A stretch of DNA of 33,853 nt from a bacterium (GTDB taxonomy: Bacteria; Myxococcota_A; Polyangia; HGW-17; JAJRWW01). This document shows, in pieces, positions 17,625 to 25,887 of the stretch. A program made the position numbers and the translations under genes. The stretch lies in NCBI GenBank assembly GCA_043825095.1, contig JBDRSE010000082.1, positions 1 to 33,853 of the forward strand, in the 5' to 3' direction. How positions within the stretch are numbered: position 1 is the first letter of the stretch; the number at the start of each line of letters is the position of its first letter. The notes under the pieces were generated by a model that saw nothing but the letters and a program-made list of their open reading frames with translations, was not told the DNA's origin and did no database searches.

Positions 17625-18386
17625 TCAAACCGGAGGCTCACCCAGGAGCTGCGAAACCTCTTCTGCGTACGCCTCGGTGTGGTCCTGTACGATCAGCGGC
17701 GGCTCGATGACCAGCGCGTGACCACCACCCTTGCGGGCCTGGACGAGAACCCGGCGGGCGGGACGCTCCGGTCGGGGATACACCGGCCGCAGCCTCACGG
17801 GCTGGAGGCTGTGCTGAAGCAGAACGGCGAGGACCTCGGCGGCGCGCTCGGCCGGGTAGATCACGGCAAGGGCGCCGCGGGGTCGGAGCAGCCGGGCGGC
17901 GCAGGACACGAGCTCTGGGAGGGTCAGCTCCAGCTCGGTATTGGCGACGGCCTTTTCGGGGTCCGGGCTGTGACGGCCACTGTCGGCCGCTCGAAAGGGC
18001 GGATTCGAAACCACCAGCTCGACGGACGCGCTTCGCTCCGGTCCGAGCTGACGCAGATCGCCCTGCACCACCTCGACCCGGTCCGCGAGCCCATTGTGTC
18101 GAGCATTGATCCGGCAGAGCTCGGCGAGCCGGGGCTGCAGCTCCACCAGGGTGAGCTGCGCCTCGGAGTCCCGCGCCAGCGCCAACCCGACCACGCCGCA
18201 GCCGGCGCCGAGATCCACCAGCCGACCACCCCGCTCCGGGAGCGCCCGCTTCGCAAAGTCGGCGAGCAGGAACGCGTCGATGGAGAAGCGATACCCCTGG
18301 ATCGGCTGCCACAGGGCCAGCCTCCCCCGGAGCGCCTCGTCCAGCACGCAGCCCGCGGGCGGAGCGGGCTCAGCGCTGCCCGACAT
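17625..18386 (-). CDS. tRNA1(Val) (adenine37-N6)-methyltransferase-like class I SAM methyltransferase (TrmN6/YfiC family)
   Basis: GYRFSIDAFLLADFA, DLGAGCGVVGLALA and VVSNPPF (NPPF) motifs are present. The likely start is the ATG at 18386 (MSGSAEP...), overlapping the tsaC stop by 17 nt. The track start at 18476 adds 30 R/W-rich residues. Confidence 0.75.
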   Translation of the reverse strand: MSGSAEPAPPAGCVLDEALRGRLALWQPIQGYRFSIDAFLLADFAKRALPERGGRLVDLGAGCGVVGLALARDSEAQLTLVELQPRLAELCRINARHNGLADRVEVVQGDLRQLGPERSASVELVVSNPPFRAADSGRHSPDPEKAVANTELELTLPELVSCAARLLRPRGALAVIYPAERAAEVLAVLLQHSLQPVRLRPVYPRPERPARRVLVQARKGGGHALVIEPPLIVQDHTEAYAEEVSQLLGEPPV

Positions 18387-18966
18387 CGCACGCACCCTGC
18401 CGGAGCACCTCCATCTCACCCGAGGCGCTGAACGCCACCACGGTGGACGGCGCGCCTCCAGTCGTGGGGCCGCCATTGAGCGTGAGGTCGACCGGGCCCA
18501 GGTTTCGGTGCGCCTCGGTCACGCTCAGCGGAGGCGGCAGACCCCTACGGTTGGCGCTCGTGGCCACCAGGGGGCTGCCGAGGCCGGCCGCCAACGCCCT
18601 CGCAATGGGGTGCGGCGATACCCGAACGCCCACACCCCGCTCGCTGATCAACGCCCCGGGAAGGCCGGGCCGGGCCGGCAGCACCAGAGTCAGGGGCCCC
18701 GGCCAGAAACGATCCATGAGCGCGGTGGCCTCAGGGCTGACCCGGTCGACCAGCCGGCTGAGCTGATCGCGGTCGGCCAGGATGAGCGGCAGGGGATGGT
18801 CCGGTGACCTCTGCTTTCGCTCCAGCAGCCGCGAGAGCGCGGTCTCGTTCCAGGGATCGACCGCCAGGCCGTAGAAGGTTTCGGTCGGAAACACCACGAG
18901 CCCCCCGCGCCGCAGGGTGCGAATTGCTCGGGCAACGCCTTTCGCGTCGGCAGAGATTGTGGGCAT
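18370..18966 (-). CDS. tsaC: L-threonylcarbamoyladenylate synthase (YrdC/TsaC family)
   Basis: VVFPTETFYGLAVDP, RLLERKQR, FWPGPLTLVLPA and LVATSANRRGLPP are collinear with E. coli TsaC. Length is 198 aa. Confidence 0.85.
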   Translation of the reverse strand: MPTISADAKGVARAIRTLRRGGLVVFPTETFYGLAVDPWNETALSRLLERKQRSPDHPLPLILADRDQLSRLVDRVSPEATALMDRFWPGPLTLVLPARPGLPGALISERGVGVRVSPHPIARALAAGLGSPLVATSANRRGLPPPLSVTEAHRNLGPVDLTLNGGPTTGGAPSTVVAFSASGEMEVLRQGACDVGQR

Positions 18967-18969
18967 CGG

Positions 18970-20037
18970 CTACCTCCCCATCACCCGGGGACGCGGACGG
19001 TCTGGCCTCGCCCCCCCTTGCATGCCGGCTCCTCGGATCATGCCGGTTCCCTCTCTCATGCCGCCCATTCCGGGCGGACCGGAGCGCGGAGCTGCCTTGT
19101 CCGGGTCCCGGCGCGCGTCACTGCGCCGATGGCGAGAGCCACCGCCCCGGAACCAGCCGGGGTTCCGCCGATGGCTCCCGAGCATTTGCAGCTGCTGCAC
19201 CTCACGCGCCCGGGGCTGCGCCACGACGTAGTCCGCGGGCGGCTTGATCACGGGGTTCTTCCCCGGATCGGAGAGCGCACCCCTAAACTCTCCCGTGATC
19301 TTCACAATGTGCCCGTCTTTTGGCACCCGGACGTCATAGGTGATCTGCAGCGACAGCGCCACACCCGTCTTGTTGTCGAGAGCGGCCTCTCCCACGATGC
19401 GCAGCGGCTTGAGCAGGGCGCGCCAGGCTCGTGGCCCAGACTCGCGGACGAGCACGCGAGACGCGCCCAGCGACAGTCGGTAGCGCGTCGCTTTTCGGCC
19501 CGCCGCGGTGACGGCGCCGGCCGGGGTGACGCTCATATGCCGACGCAACAGCTCCACCACCGCTCCACCAGCGCCCCAGATGTGCTCGATTCGCCGGGCA
19601 GCCTCCTGGGGCTCCTCGGGAAAGCGCATGAACCGCTGGTAGCGGTGGCGAAAATAGGTCAGCTCACCGAGCCGGTAGAGCTCGACCCCATATTCCAGAG
19701 AGTTGTCTTGACGGGCATAGCAGGCGCCCTTGCCGGTGCACTTCACCACGTAGCGGTCTTCAAAGGACTGATCCGGCTTTCCGTCCACGGTCACGGCCAC
19801 CCGATGTCGGGCCTGGTACGAATGCCCGCCGAGCCGTTGACGCACCTCGCCGCTGGTCAGCTCGAAGGCACGCCACCTCGCCGCCGCGACCCGGACATGG
19901 TTGCGGGGATCGTTCGCGTCCTTCACGCTGGCTGCGGCATCACGACCTCGTCCGCAGGACACGCCGCAGAGCCCAGTCACCGATGCCGTCACGAACAGGA
20001 TTCCGGAAAACCGACGCACGCTTCGAGCAAACCACAT
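18970..20037 (-). CDS. Hypothetical secreted protein with C-terminal Arg/Gly/Met-rich tail, co-oriented immediately upstream of tsaC
   Basis: The N-terminus MWFARSVRRFSGILFVTASVTGLCGVSCG is signal-like. There are no recognisable catalytic motifs. The tail reads ...GGGSRHRRSDARRDPDKAAPRSGPPGMGGMREGTGMIRGAGMQGGARPDRPRPR. The gap to tsaC is 3 nt. Confidence 0.55.
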   Translation of the reverse strand: MWFARSVRRFSGILFVTASVTGLCGVSCGRGRDAAASVKDANDPRNHVRVAAARWRAFELTSGEVRQRLGGHSYQARHRVAVTVDGKPDQSFEDRYVVKCTGKGACYARQDNSLEYGVELYRLGELTYFRHRYQRFMRFPEEPQEAARRIEHIWGAGGAVVELLRRHMSVTPAGAVTAAGRKATRYRLSLGASRVLVRESGPRAWRALLKPLRIVGEAALDNKTGVALSLQITYDVRVPKDGHIVKITGEFRGALSDPGKNPVIKPPADYVVAQPRAREVQQLQMLGSHRRNPGWFRGGGSRHRRSDARRDPDKAAPRSGPPGMGGMREGTGMIRGAGMQGGARPDRPRPRVMGR

Positions 20038-20133
20038 CCCGGCCGAGTGTCAAGCCGAGTCGTTCGAAAACCACCCCGGAACCAACGGAGTCCACAGCCT
20101 TTCAGCGTGAGGGTACTCATAATCCATACAATA

Positions 20134-20179
20134 TTACCGCCACTGTAATTTCGCACATGGAACCCTAGGGTGGCGGTTA
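20134..20179. promoter_or_regulatory. Inverted repeat TTACCGCCAC-N26-GTGGCGGTTA upstream of the lipid kinase gene, within an AT-richer segment
   Basis: Arms are at 20134-20143 and 20170-20179 (8 bp perfect, accgccac/gtggcggt). The spacer is tgtaatttcgcacatggaaccctagg. It lies 14 bp upstream of the GTG at 20193. Confidence 0.3.
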
Positions 20180-20192
20180 TTGGAGACGCAAC

Positions 20193-21359
20193 GTGTCATC
20201 CAGTCCCCACCTGGATAGCGACGCAATAGCTGTTAACTTTTCGAATGTGTTGAATAATGTCTTGCAACTCGAACCGCTCAGCATCCCAGGCATGGCCATT
20301 GCAGACAGCGCCAGTGCCCTAAAAGGCCGCCGGAGCAGGAAAATGCAGCTAGCACGGCTACCCGAGCAGAAGAACGTCGCGATTGTATTGAACAAAAACG
20401 CCAAAAGCGTGACCGCGGCGACGCAACGGATGATCAAGAAGCTGCACCCCGCAGCCGACGTCTACATCTCGGAAAGCAAGGAGCACGGCACCAGAATCGC
20501 TCAAACGATCGTGGACCGGGGATACCGGACCGTGGCCACCGGCGGTGGCGACGGCACCTTTGTCCAGTGCCTGTCTGACGTCTACGACTACCTCGAGGCA
20601 AAGCAGACCGGCCAAGAGCCGCCGCGGTTCTTCGTCCTACGCCTGGGAACGGGCAACGCCGTGGCTTCGGCCTTCGGAGCCTCGGCACCGACCCGTTACG
20701 GCTTGGCCAAGGACCTCGAGCGCGCCAAACAGTCGGTCTTCTCCCGGCCGCTGCCCGTGCTCTCGGTGGAGGGTAAGCTCAGCCCCTTTGCCGGCTGCGG
20801 CCTCGACGCCCACGTGCTGGTGGACTACTTCCAGAGCCGCAACATGCTGCTCAAAACACCGTTCAAGCGGCTCGCCACCGGAGGCGCAGGCTATGCCATC
20901 AGCGTCGGCACCCGGACCGTGCCCCGCTACCTGCTGAGCGCCCTGCAGGAGATCCGGGTCCGCAACGTCGGCGGCCCGGCGTATCGGGTCAAACACCAGG
21001 GCCGGTTCCTGGAGCGCATCGAATCGGGGGAGCTCCTATACGAGGGTCCGGCCATGCTGGCCACGGCCTCGACAATTCCCTACACCGGGCTCAACATGCG
21101 GCTGTTCCCTTATGCTCGGATGCGAGACGACAAGTTCCAGTTCCGGATCTCCCGGGCCGGCGTCTTCGAAACCCTCACGGCGCTGCCGCGGGTCTGGAAG
21201 GGCACCTACCAGAGCGCGCGCATCTACGACTTCCTGGTCGATCGAATCGAGGTCGAGGGAGACCAGCCGCTGCCGCTGCAGATCGGCGGTGACCTCGCGG
21301 GAATGCGGGACCGCATCGAGCTCGCCCTGTCCACCAGCCAGGTGGAGATGGCCGCCTGA
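20193..21359 (+). CDS. Diacylglycerol kinase catalytic-domain family lipid kinase (YegS/BmrU/sphingosine-kinase-like)
   Basis: The DAGK_cat signature NVAIVLNKNAKS...VATGGGDGTF (GGDGT) and a C-terminal accessory domain are present. The GTG at 20193 has GGAG 7 nt upstream. The first ~50 codons are lower-GC with weak GC3 bias. The internal ATG at 20343 (RBS GGAGCAGGAAA) is an alternative start giving 338 aa. Confidence 0.8.
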   Translation: MSSSPHLDSDAIAVNFSNVLNNVLQLEPLSIPGMAIADSASALKGRRSRKMQLARLPEQKNVAIVLNKNAKSVTAATQRMIKKLHPAADVYISESKEHGTRIAQTIVDRGYRTVATGGGDGTFVQCLSDVYDYLEAKQTGQEPPRFFVLRLGTGNAVASAFGASAPTRYGLAKDLERAKQSVFSRPLPVLSVEGKLSPFAGCGLDAHVLVDYFQSRNMLLKTPFKRLATGGAGYAISVGTRTVPRYLLSALQEIRVRNVGGPAYRVKHQGRFLERIESGELLYEGPAMLATASTIPYTGLNMRLFPYARMRDDKFQFRISRAGVFETLTALPRVWKGTYQSARIYDFLVDRIEVEGDQPLPLQIGGDLAGMRDRIELALSTSQVEMAA

Positions 21360-21553
21360 AAGCCTCCGCCGTCGACCCACCTCCGAATCTCCATCGGATC
21401 TCATAACCTTCGAGGCCCGGAATTTATCCGGCGCAGCACTGGTTTAATCGGCAGGGATTTTAGGCGATTCTGCCTAGCCCCAACACCGGCCCCCGCGCTT
21501 GCATCAGCGATTGTGTTGTGCAAGGATGGCCGGGCAAAGAACGGGAGGAAATC

Positions 21554-21892
21554 GTGCCCAGAGAAAAAAAACCGGCGAGCGCCGGCGCGGCTGTCGGAGC
21601 GATCATCGGGTTGGTGGTCGTGGCTGGAATGTTTCTCAGCAAGTACACTTACAACGGCCCTGGACTCGGCAAGACCTGGCCCGCGCTGTTCATCGCGGTC
21701 GGGGCCTGGTTCGTCATGGGCAACCTGCTCGAGGTGGGCCTGGGGATCATCGCGCTGTTCGGCCTCTGGATGGCCCACAACCTGAACTACGTCAACTTCT
21801 GGAAGCTCTGGCCTTTCGTCATCCTGCTGGTGGCGGTGCTGGTGGCGGTCGGCTTCATTCGCGCTCGGTCGGCGAGCGACAAGGAATCATAG
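21554..21892 (+). CDS. Small integral membrane protein (about 3 TM helices), hypothetical
   Basis: The GTG at 21554 is 5 nt after GGGAGG. Hydrophobic stretches are AAVGAIIGLVVVAGMF, WPALFIAVGAWFVMG and WPFVILLVAVLVAVGF. It is the first gene of the SPFH cluster. Confidence 0.55.
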   Translation: MPREKKPASAGAAVGAIIGLVVVAGMFLSKYTYNGPGLGKTWPALFIAVGAWFVMGNLLEVGLGIIALFGLWMAHNLNYVNFWKLWPFVILLVAVLVAVGFIRARSASDKES

Positions 21893-21923
21893 GCCGCACG
21901 GCCTACGCAAGGAGTCCACGACG

Positions 21924-22403
21924 ATGGCAGTTCTCGACTACCTCATCCCCGGATACAAAGGATACCGTCAACGCGACGAGTCGCGGCAGAGCGACAAGCT
22001 CTTTCGGGACCATCTGTCCAAGGCGCTGGGCGCGGAGCACACGCGGCTCGAAAACGCCAAGACCGACCTGACCCACACCGGCAACCTCGCCGCGCTGAAC
22101 CCCGCCGATCAGGCCACGAAGCTGATGACCAAGGTGCGCGATCGCCTCCGGTTCGCCAACTACGGATTTCAGGACGGCCTGTTCGGCTCCGCAGGGGAAA
22201 CCGAGATGGTCCAGAAGGTCGAAGAGTACGACAAGGGTCTCATCGACGACACGGCGTCGGTGCGCGAGCAGGTGCAGGAGATCGAAAACGTGCTGATGGA
22301 AGGCGGCAACGTGGAGCCCGAGTTCCGCAAGCTGACCCGCATCCTGCGCGAGTTCGACGAGAAATTGAACCGCCGAGAGGCGATCATTCGCGGCAACGCG
22401 TAG
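21924..22403 (+). CDS. Hypothetical soluble protein (159 aa), acidic, predicted helical; upstream partner of the SPFH gene
   Basis: A strong RBS AAGGAG lies 8 nt before the ATG. High-GC3 coding bias is present. No recognisable motif was found. It is co-directional with and tightly spaced between the TM protein gene and the SPFH gene. Confidence 0.6.
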   Translation: MAVLDYLIPGYKGYRQRDESRQSDKLFRDHLSKALGAEHTRLENAKTDLTHTGNLAALNPADQATKLMTKVRDRLRFANYGFQDGLFGSAGETEMVQKVEEYDKGLIDDTASVREQVQEIENVLMEGGNVEPEFRKLTRILREFDEKLNRREAIIRGNA

Positions 22404-22451
22404 AAACCCGCAGCGGGCAGGGGCGTGAGCCGCTCCTGAGGATGGAATGCC

Positions 22452-22787
22452 ATGGCCCTTATTGATGTCATCGATTTTCACGACGAATCCGGAGAGAATC
22501 TCGTTCAGCGTTTCCCCTCGGACGGAGAAGCGGATGTGCGCATGGGCACCCAGCTGGTGGTGCGCGAGAGCCAGGTCTGCATCTTCTATCGCGGGGGCCA
22601 GGCGCTCGACACCTTCGGCCCGGGCCGGCACACCCTCTCCACCGCCAACCTGCCGCTGCTCGGCGGGATCCTCAAGCTCCCCTTCGGCGGCAAGACGCCC
22701 TTCAAGGCGGAATGCTACTACGTAAATCTCAAGACGTTCATCAACAAGAAGTGGGGCACCAAGGAGCCGATCACGTTCCGGGACTAG
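22452..22787 (+). CDS. SPFH/band-7 (YdjI-like) protein, N-terminal fragment ending at an in-frame TAG
   Basis: MALIDVIDFHDESGENLVQRFPS...LVVRESQVCIFYRGGQALDTFGPGRHTLSTANLPLL matches the N-terminal signature of SPFH/band-7 'virion core protein'-like proteins (B. subtilis YdjI type, from memory). TAG at 22785-22787 ends the ORF. Confidence 0.7.
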   Translation: MALIDVIDFHDESGENLVQRFPSDGEADVRMGTQLVVRESQVCIFYRGGQALDTFGPGRHTLSTANLPLLGGILKLPFGGKTPFKAECYYVNLKTFINKKWGTKEPITFRD

Positions 22788-23732
22788 GTGCTGATGGTGG
22801 TTCGTCTCCGGTCCTTCGGGATCATGAGCTACAAGATCACTGATCCGCAGCTGTTTTTAAACAAGGTCGTGGGCACCGCTGGCACGTACGAAACCAGCCA
22901 GCTCAGCGATTTCATCCGCAGCATGGTCGTGGGACGCCTCACCGACGTGCTGGGCGAGAACCTCAAAACGCTGCTCGACCTGGCCGCGCTCTACGACGAG
23001 ATCGGCATCGCCACCAAGGCCCGGGTGTCCGAGGACTTCGGCAAGTACGGCCTCGAGCTCGAGGACATGGTGATCAACGCGATCACCCCGCCGCCAGAGG
23101 TCCAGGCCAAGATCGACGAGCGCTCCGGACTGGGTCTTTTCGAAGATGCGATGCCGGCCCTGCAGCAGCAGCAGGCGGCCTACGCCATGCGAGACATCGC
23201 CAACAATCCCGGCGCCGGGGGTATGGCGGCCTCAGGCATGGGCATGGGCATGGGTCTCGGCATGGGCTTCATGATGCCGGGCATGATGGCGCAGTCGATG
23301 CCGAACATGATGGCCGGGCAGCAGCAGCCGCAGCAGGGATATCCGCAGCAGATGCCGCCGCAGCAGGGATATCCACCGCAAGGGTATCCACCGCAAGGGT
23401 ATCCGCAGCAGATGCCGCCGGCGGCAGCCGGCGCGGCCATGGGAGCCGCGGCAGGTCAGCCTCAGCAGGCACCCGGCGTTCCCTGCGCCCAGTGCCAGGC
23501 TCCGGTTCCGCCCGGCTTCAAGTTCTGCCAGAATTGCGGCACCCCGGTCCAGGTCGCCCCGGCCGGCGTCGCCTGCGTGAAGTGCAACGCCGCCATGCCG
23601 GCCGGCACCAAGTTCTGCCCGGCCTGCGGTTCACCCCAGCAAGCCCCGGGGGTGATGTGCGGGCAGTGCGGGCAGCCCGTGCCGGGGGGACACAAATTCT
23701 GCGCCAGCTGCGGCACACCGGTCCCAGCATAG
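22788..23732 (+). CDS. SPFH/band-7 protein, C-terminal continuation in the same frame: SPFH core, Met/Gly and QGYP low-complexity tract, three zinc-ribbon modules
   Basis: It continues in frame directly after the TAG (VLMVVRLRSFGIMSYKITDPQLF is the expected continuation of FRD-x-LGMVRLR). It carries GMGMGMGLGMGFMMPGMM, then PQQGYPQQMPPQQGYPPQGYPPQGYPQQMPP. Three CxxC-x9-12-FCxxCG ribbons follow: CAQC...FCQNCG, CVKC...FCPACG and CGQC...FCASCG. Confidence 0.7.
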   Translation: MLMVVRLRSFGIMSYKITDPQLFLNKVVGTAGTYETSQLSDFIRSMVVGRLTDVLGENLKTLLDLAALYDEIGIATKARVSEDFGKYGLELEDMVINAITPPPEVQAKIDERSGLGLFEDAMPALQQQQAAYAMRDIANNPGAGGMAASGMGMGMGLGMGFMMPGMMAQSMPNMMAGQQQPQQGYPQQMPPQQGYPPQGYPPQGYPQQMPPAAAGAAMGAAAGQPQQAPGVPCAQCQAPVPPGFKFCQNCGTPVQVAPAGVACVKCNAAMPAGTKFCPACGSPQQAPGVMCGQCGQPVPGGHKFCASCGTPVPA

Positions 23733-23753
23733 GCCCGGGGCCGCGCCCATCCG

Positions 23754-24611
23754 GTGTCTGCCAAGTCCCGAAAAACCAGCTCTCGCTGGCAGCGGTTCCT
23801 CGAATCCCGCTTTGATCGGGAGTTTCTACAGAAGATCCAGGCGCTGCCCACCCGACAGAACGAGTACGGCTACGACGCCTTCGGGTTCAACCGGGACGAG
23901 GCCATCGCGGGAATCTATCTCGCGCACCTGTTCCACAAGTACTACTTCCGCGCCGAGCCACACGGCATCGAGAACGTGCCGGACGGGCGCGTGCTCCTCA
24001 TCGCCAACCACTCCGGGCAGCTTCCCTTCGATGGCCTGGTGATCGGCGGCAGCATGATCTTCGACCGGGATCCGCCCCGCATCATCCGCTCGATGATCGA
24101 GCGGTTCGTTCCGACCTTGCCGTGGGTCGGCGCCATCCTGGCCCGCTGGGGGCAGATCCTCGGCACTCCGGAGAATTGCCGCCACCTGCTCAACGACGAC
24201 GAAGCCATCCTGGTCTTCCCGGAGGGCTCCCGGGGCGTGTCCAAGCCGTTCTCCAAGCGGTATCAGCTCCAGACCTTCGGGACGGGCTTCATGCGGCTCG
24301 CCCTGGAGACGAACACCCCCGTGGTGCCGGTGGCCGTGATCGGCGCCGAGGAGCAGGCGCCCTGCATCAACGTCAAGCCCCTCGCCCGTCTCCTGGGCGC
24401 GCCGGCGTTTCCCCTGATGCCGATTCCACCGTTTTTCCCGGCCGTCCCGCTGCCCACCAAGTACCGCCTGCACTTCGGCGAGCCCATGCAGTTCACCGGC
24501 GACCCGGACCAAGACGACGAGGAGCTGCGACCGGCAATCACACAGGTGAAAAACACCATCCAGTCCATGATTCACCTCGGCCTGAAAGCCCGGAAGCACG
24601 TGTTCTGGTAG
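23754..24611 (+). CDS. Lysophospholipid/glycerolipid acyltransferase (PlsC/AGPAT family)
   Basis: LLIANHSGQLPFDG (NHx..D block) and ILVFPEGSRG (FPEG block) are present, plus a hydrophobic region. Start is GTG at 23754 with no clear RBS, so the start is uncertain. Confidence 0.75.
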   Translation: MSAKSRKTSSRWQRFLESRFDREFLQKIQALPTRQNEYGYDAFGFNRDEAIAGIYLAHLFHKYYFRAEPHGIENVPDGRVLLIANHSGQLPFDGLVIGGSMIFDRDPPRIIRSMIERFVPTLPWVGAILARWGQILGTPENCRHLLNDDEAILVFPEGSRGVSKPFSKRYQLQTFGTGFMRLALETNTPVVPVAVIGAEEQAPCINVKPLARLLGAPAFPLMPIPPFFPAVPLPTKYRLHFGEPMQFTGDPDQDDEELRPAITQVKNTIQSMIHLGLKARKHVFW

Positions 24612-24617
24612 GCCAAG

Positions 24618-25559
24618 ATGCCGCAGCACCGCGCCAAGATCGTCATCACAGGGATCGCAGGTCGGCTGGGTCGGCTGCTGGCCAAGCAGCTCCACCGGAC
24701 GGGGCGGTACGAGATCATCGGCATCGATCGACGGCCCTTCGAGGACAAGCCGGCCGATGTGGTCCACGCCCGGGTCGACATCCGATCCAAGCGCACCCGC
24801 GACGTGTTCCGGTCCCAGAAGATCTCGGCACTGATCCACCTCGGCCTGATGCACGACCCGCGTCGATCCGTCCGGGAGCACCACGAGTGGAACGTGGTGG
24901 CCACCCAGCACCTGCTGGAGTACTGCCGCCACTACCAGGTACCCAAGGTGGTGGTGCTGTCCTCCGCATCGGTGTACGGCCCGCGCCCGGAAAACCCGCA
25001 GTTCCTGACCGAAGACTCTCCGCTGCTCGCAGCCCAGGACGACCCCAACTCCCTGACCCTGGTGGAAGCAGACATGCTGGCCAACTCCTTCTTCTGGAAG
25101 TACCGGGAGGGGGACACCGTGATCCTCCGGCCGGTGCACACCCTCGGGCAGGTGGCCAACGCGGTGTCGAACTACCTCCGCATGGAGCGGATCCCGGTGC
25201 TGATGGGCTTCGACCCCATGTTGCAGGTCATCCACGAAGCGGACGTGGTCGACGCAGTGGTGCTCGCTCTGGCCAAGGGTGTACGGGGTATCTACAACAT
25301 CGTCGGTCCCAGCGAGGTGCCCGTCTCGGTCCTGGTGCGCGAGGCGAGAAAACCGACCTTCCCGATTCCGCACTTCCTGGCACCCGTGGTTTCCAAGCTC
25401 TTTTGGAACCTCGGGATGTCCCCCTTTCGCGGCTCGGAGCTCAACCACCTCAGATACGTGTGCATGGTGGATGGCTCGCGGGCTCGCGGAGACCTCGGCT
25501 TCCGCCCGACGCGGACGATCAAAGAAGCAGTTCGCGCCGCGCTGGATGACACTTTCTGA
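24618..25559 (+). CDS. NAD-dependent epimerase/dehydratase family protein (extended SDR)
   Basis: KIVITGIAGRLGRLL (GxxGxxG Rossmann), VVLSSASVYG and a C-terminal substrate domain are present. The start is 7 nt after the acyltransferase stop (operon). Confidence 0.8.
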   Translation: MPQHRAKIVITGIAGRLGRLLAKQLHRTGRYEIIGIDRRPFEDKPADVVHARVDIRSKRTRDVFRSQKISALIHLGLMHDPRRSVREHHEWNVVATQHLLEYCRHYQVPKVVVLSSASVYGPRPENPQFLTEDSPLLAAQDDPNSLTLVEADMLANSFFWKYREGDTVILRPVHTLGQVANAVSNYLRMERIPVLMGFDPMLQVIHEADVVDAVVLALAKGVRGIYNIVGPSEVPVSVLVREARKPTFPIPHFLAPVVSKLFWNLGMSPFRGSELNHLRYVCMVDGSRARGDLGFRPTRTIKEAVRAALDDTF

Positions 25560-25887
25560 ACCAGTCCGGATCCATTCCAAGGGCGGATCCAATGACATAT
25601 CTGTCAGGGTGCGGATCCGGATCCACTGTGACGGATCCTTCACACCTGCTCCAGAGAGCGGTGTGAACAACCATTGACACACGCCTGGAAACCTTTGGCC
25701 CTCGGCCCTGTTCACATCCGAAACTGCCGCTCGACTGACCCCATATAACCCGCTATGATCCTTCCGTGTCCGAGGAGTAGGACCGACGAGGACCCCGAAA
25801 ACACGAGTGGCTCGGGCGCCGGCGGGAAGCTGGCCCGGGAATTGCACATACTGGGTCGTTGAAAATCACCCGGCTTCGGAGGAAGCA

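Noticed and set aside
23826-25847. 673-aa minus-strand ORF
   Set aside because: It is antisense across the acyltransferase and epimerase genes. The 24122..25549 ORF is an off-frame artefact.
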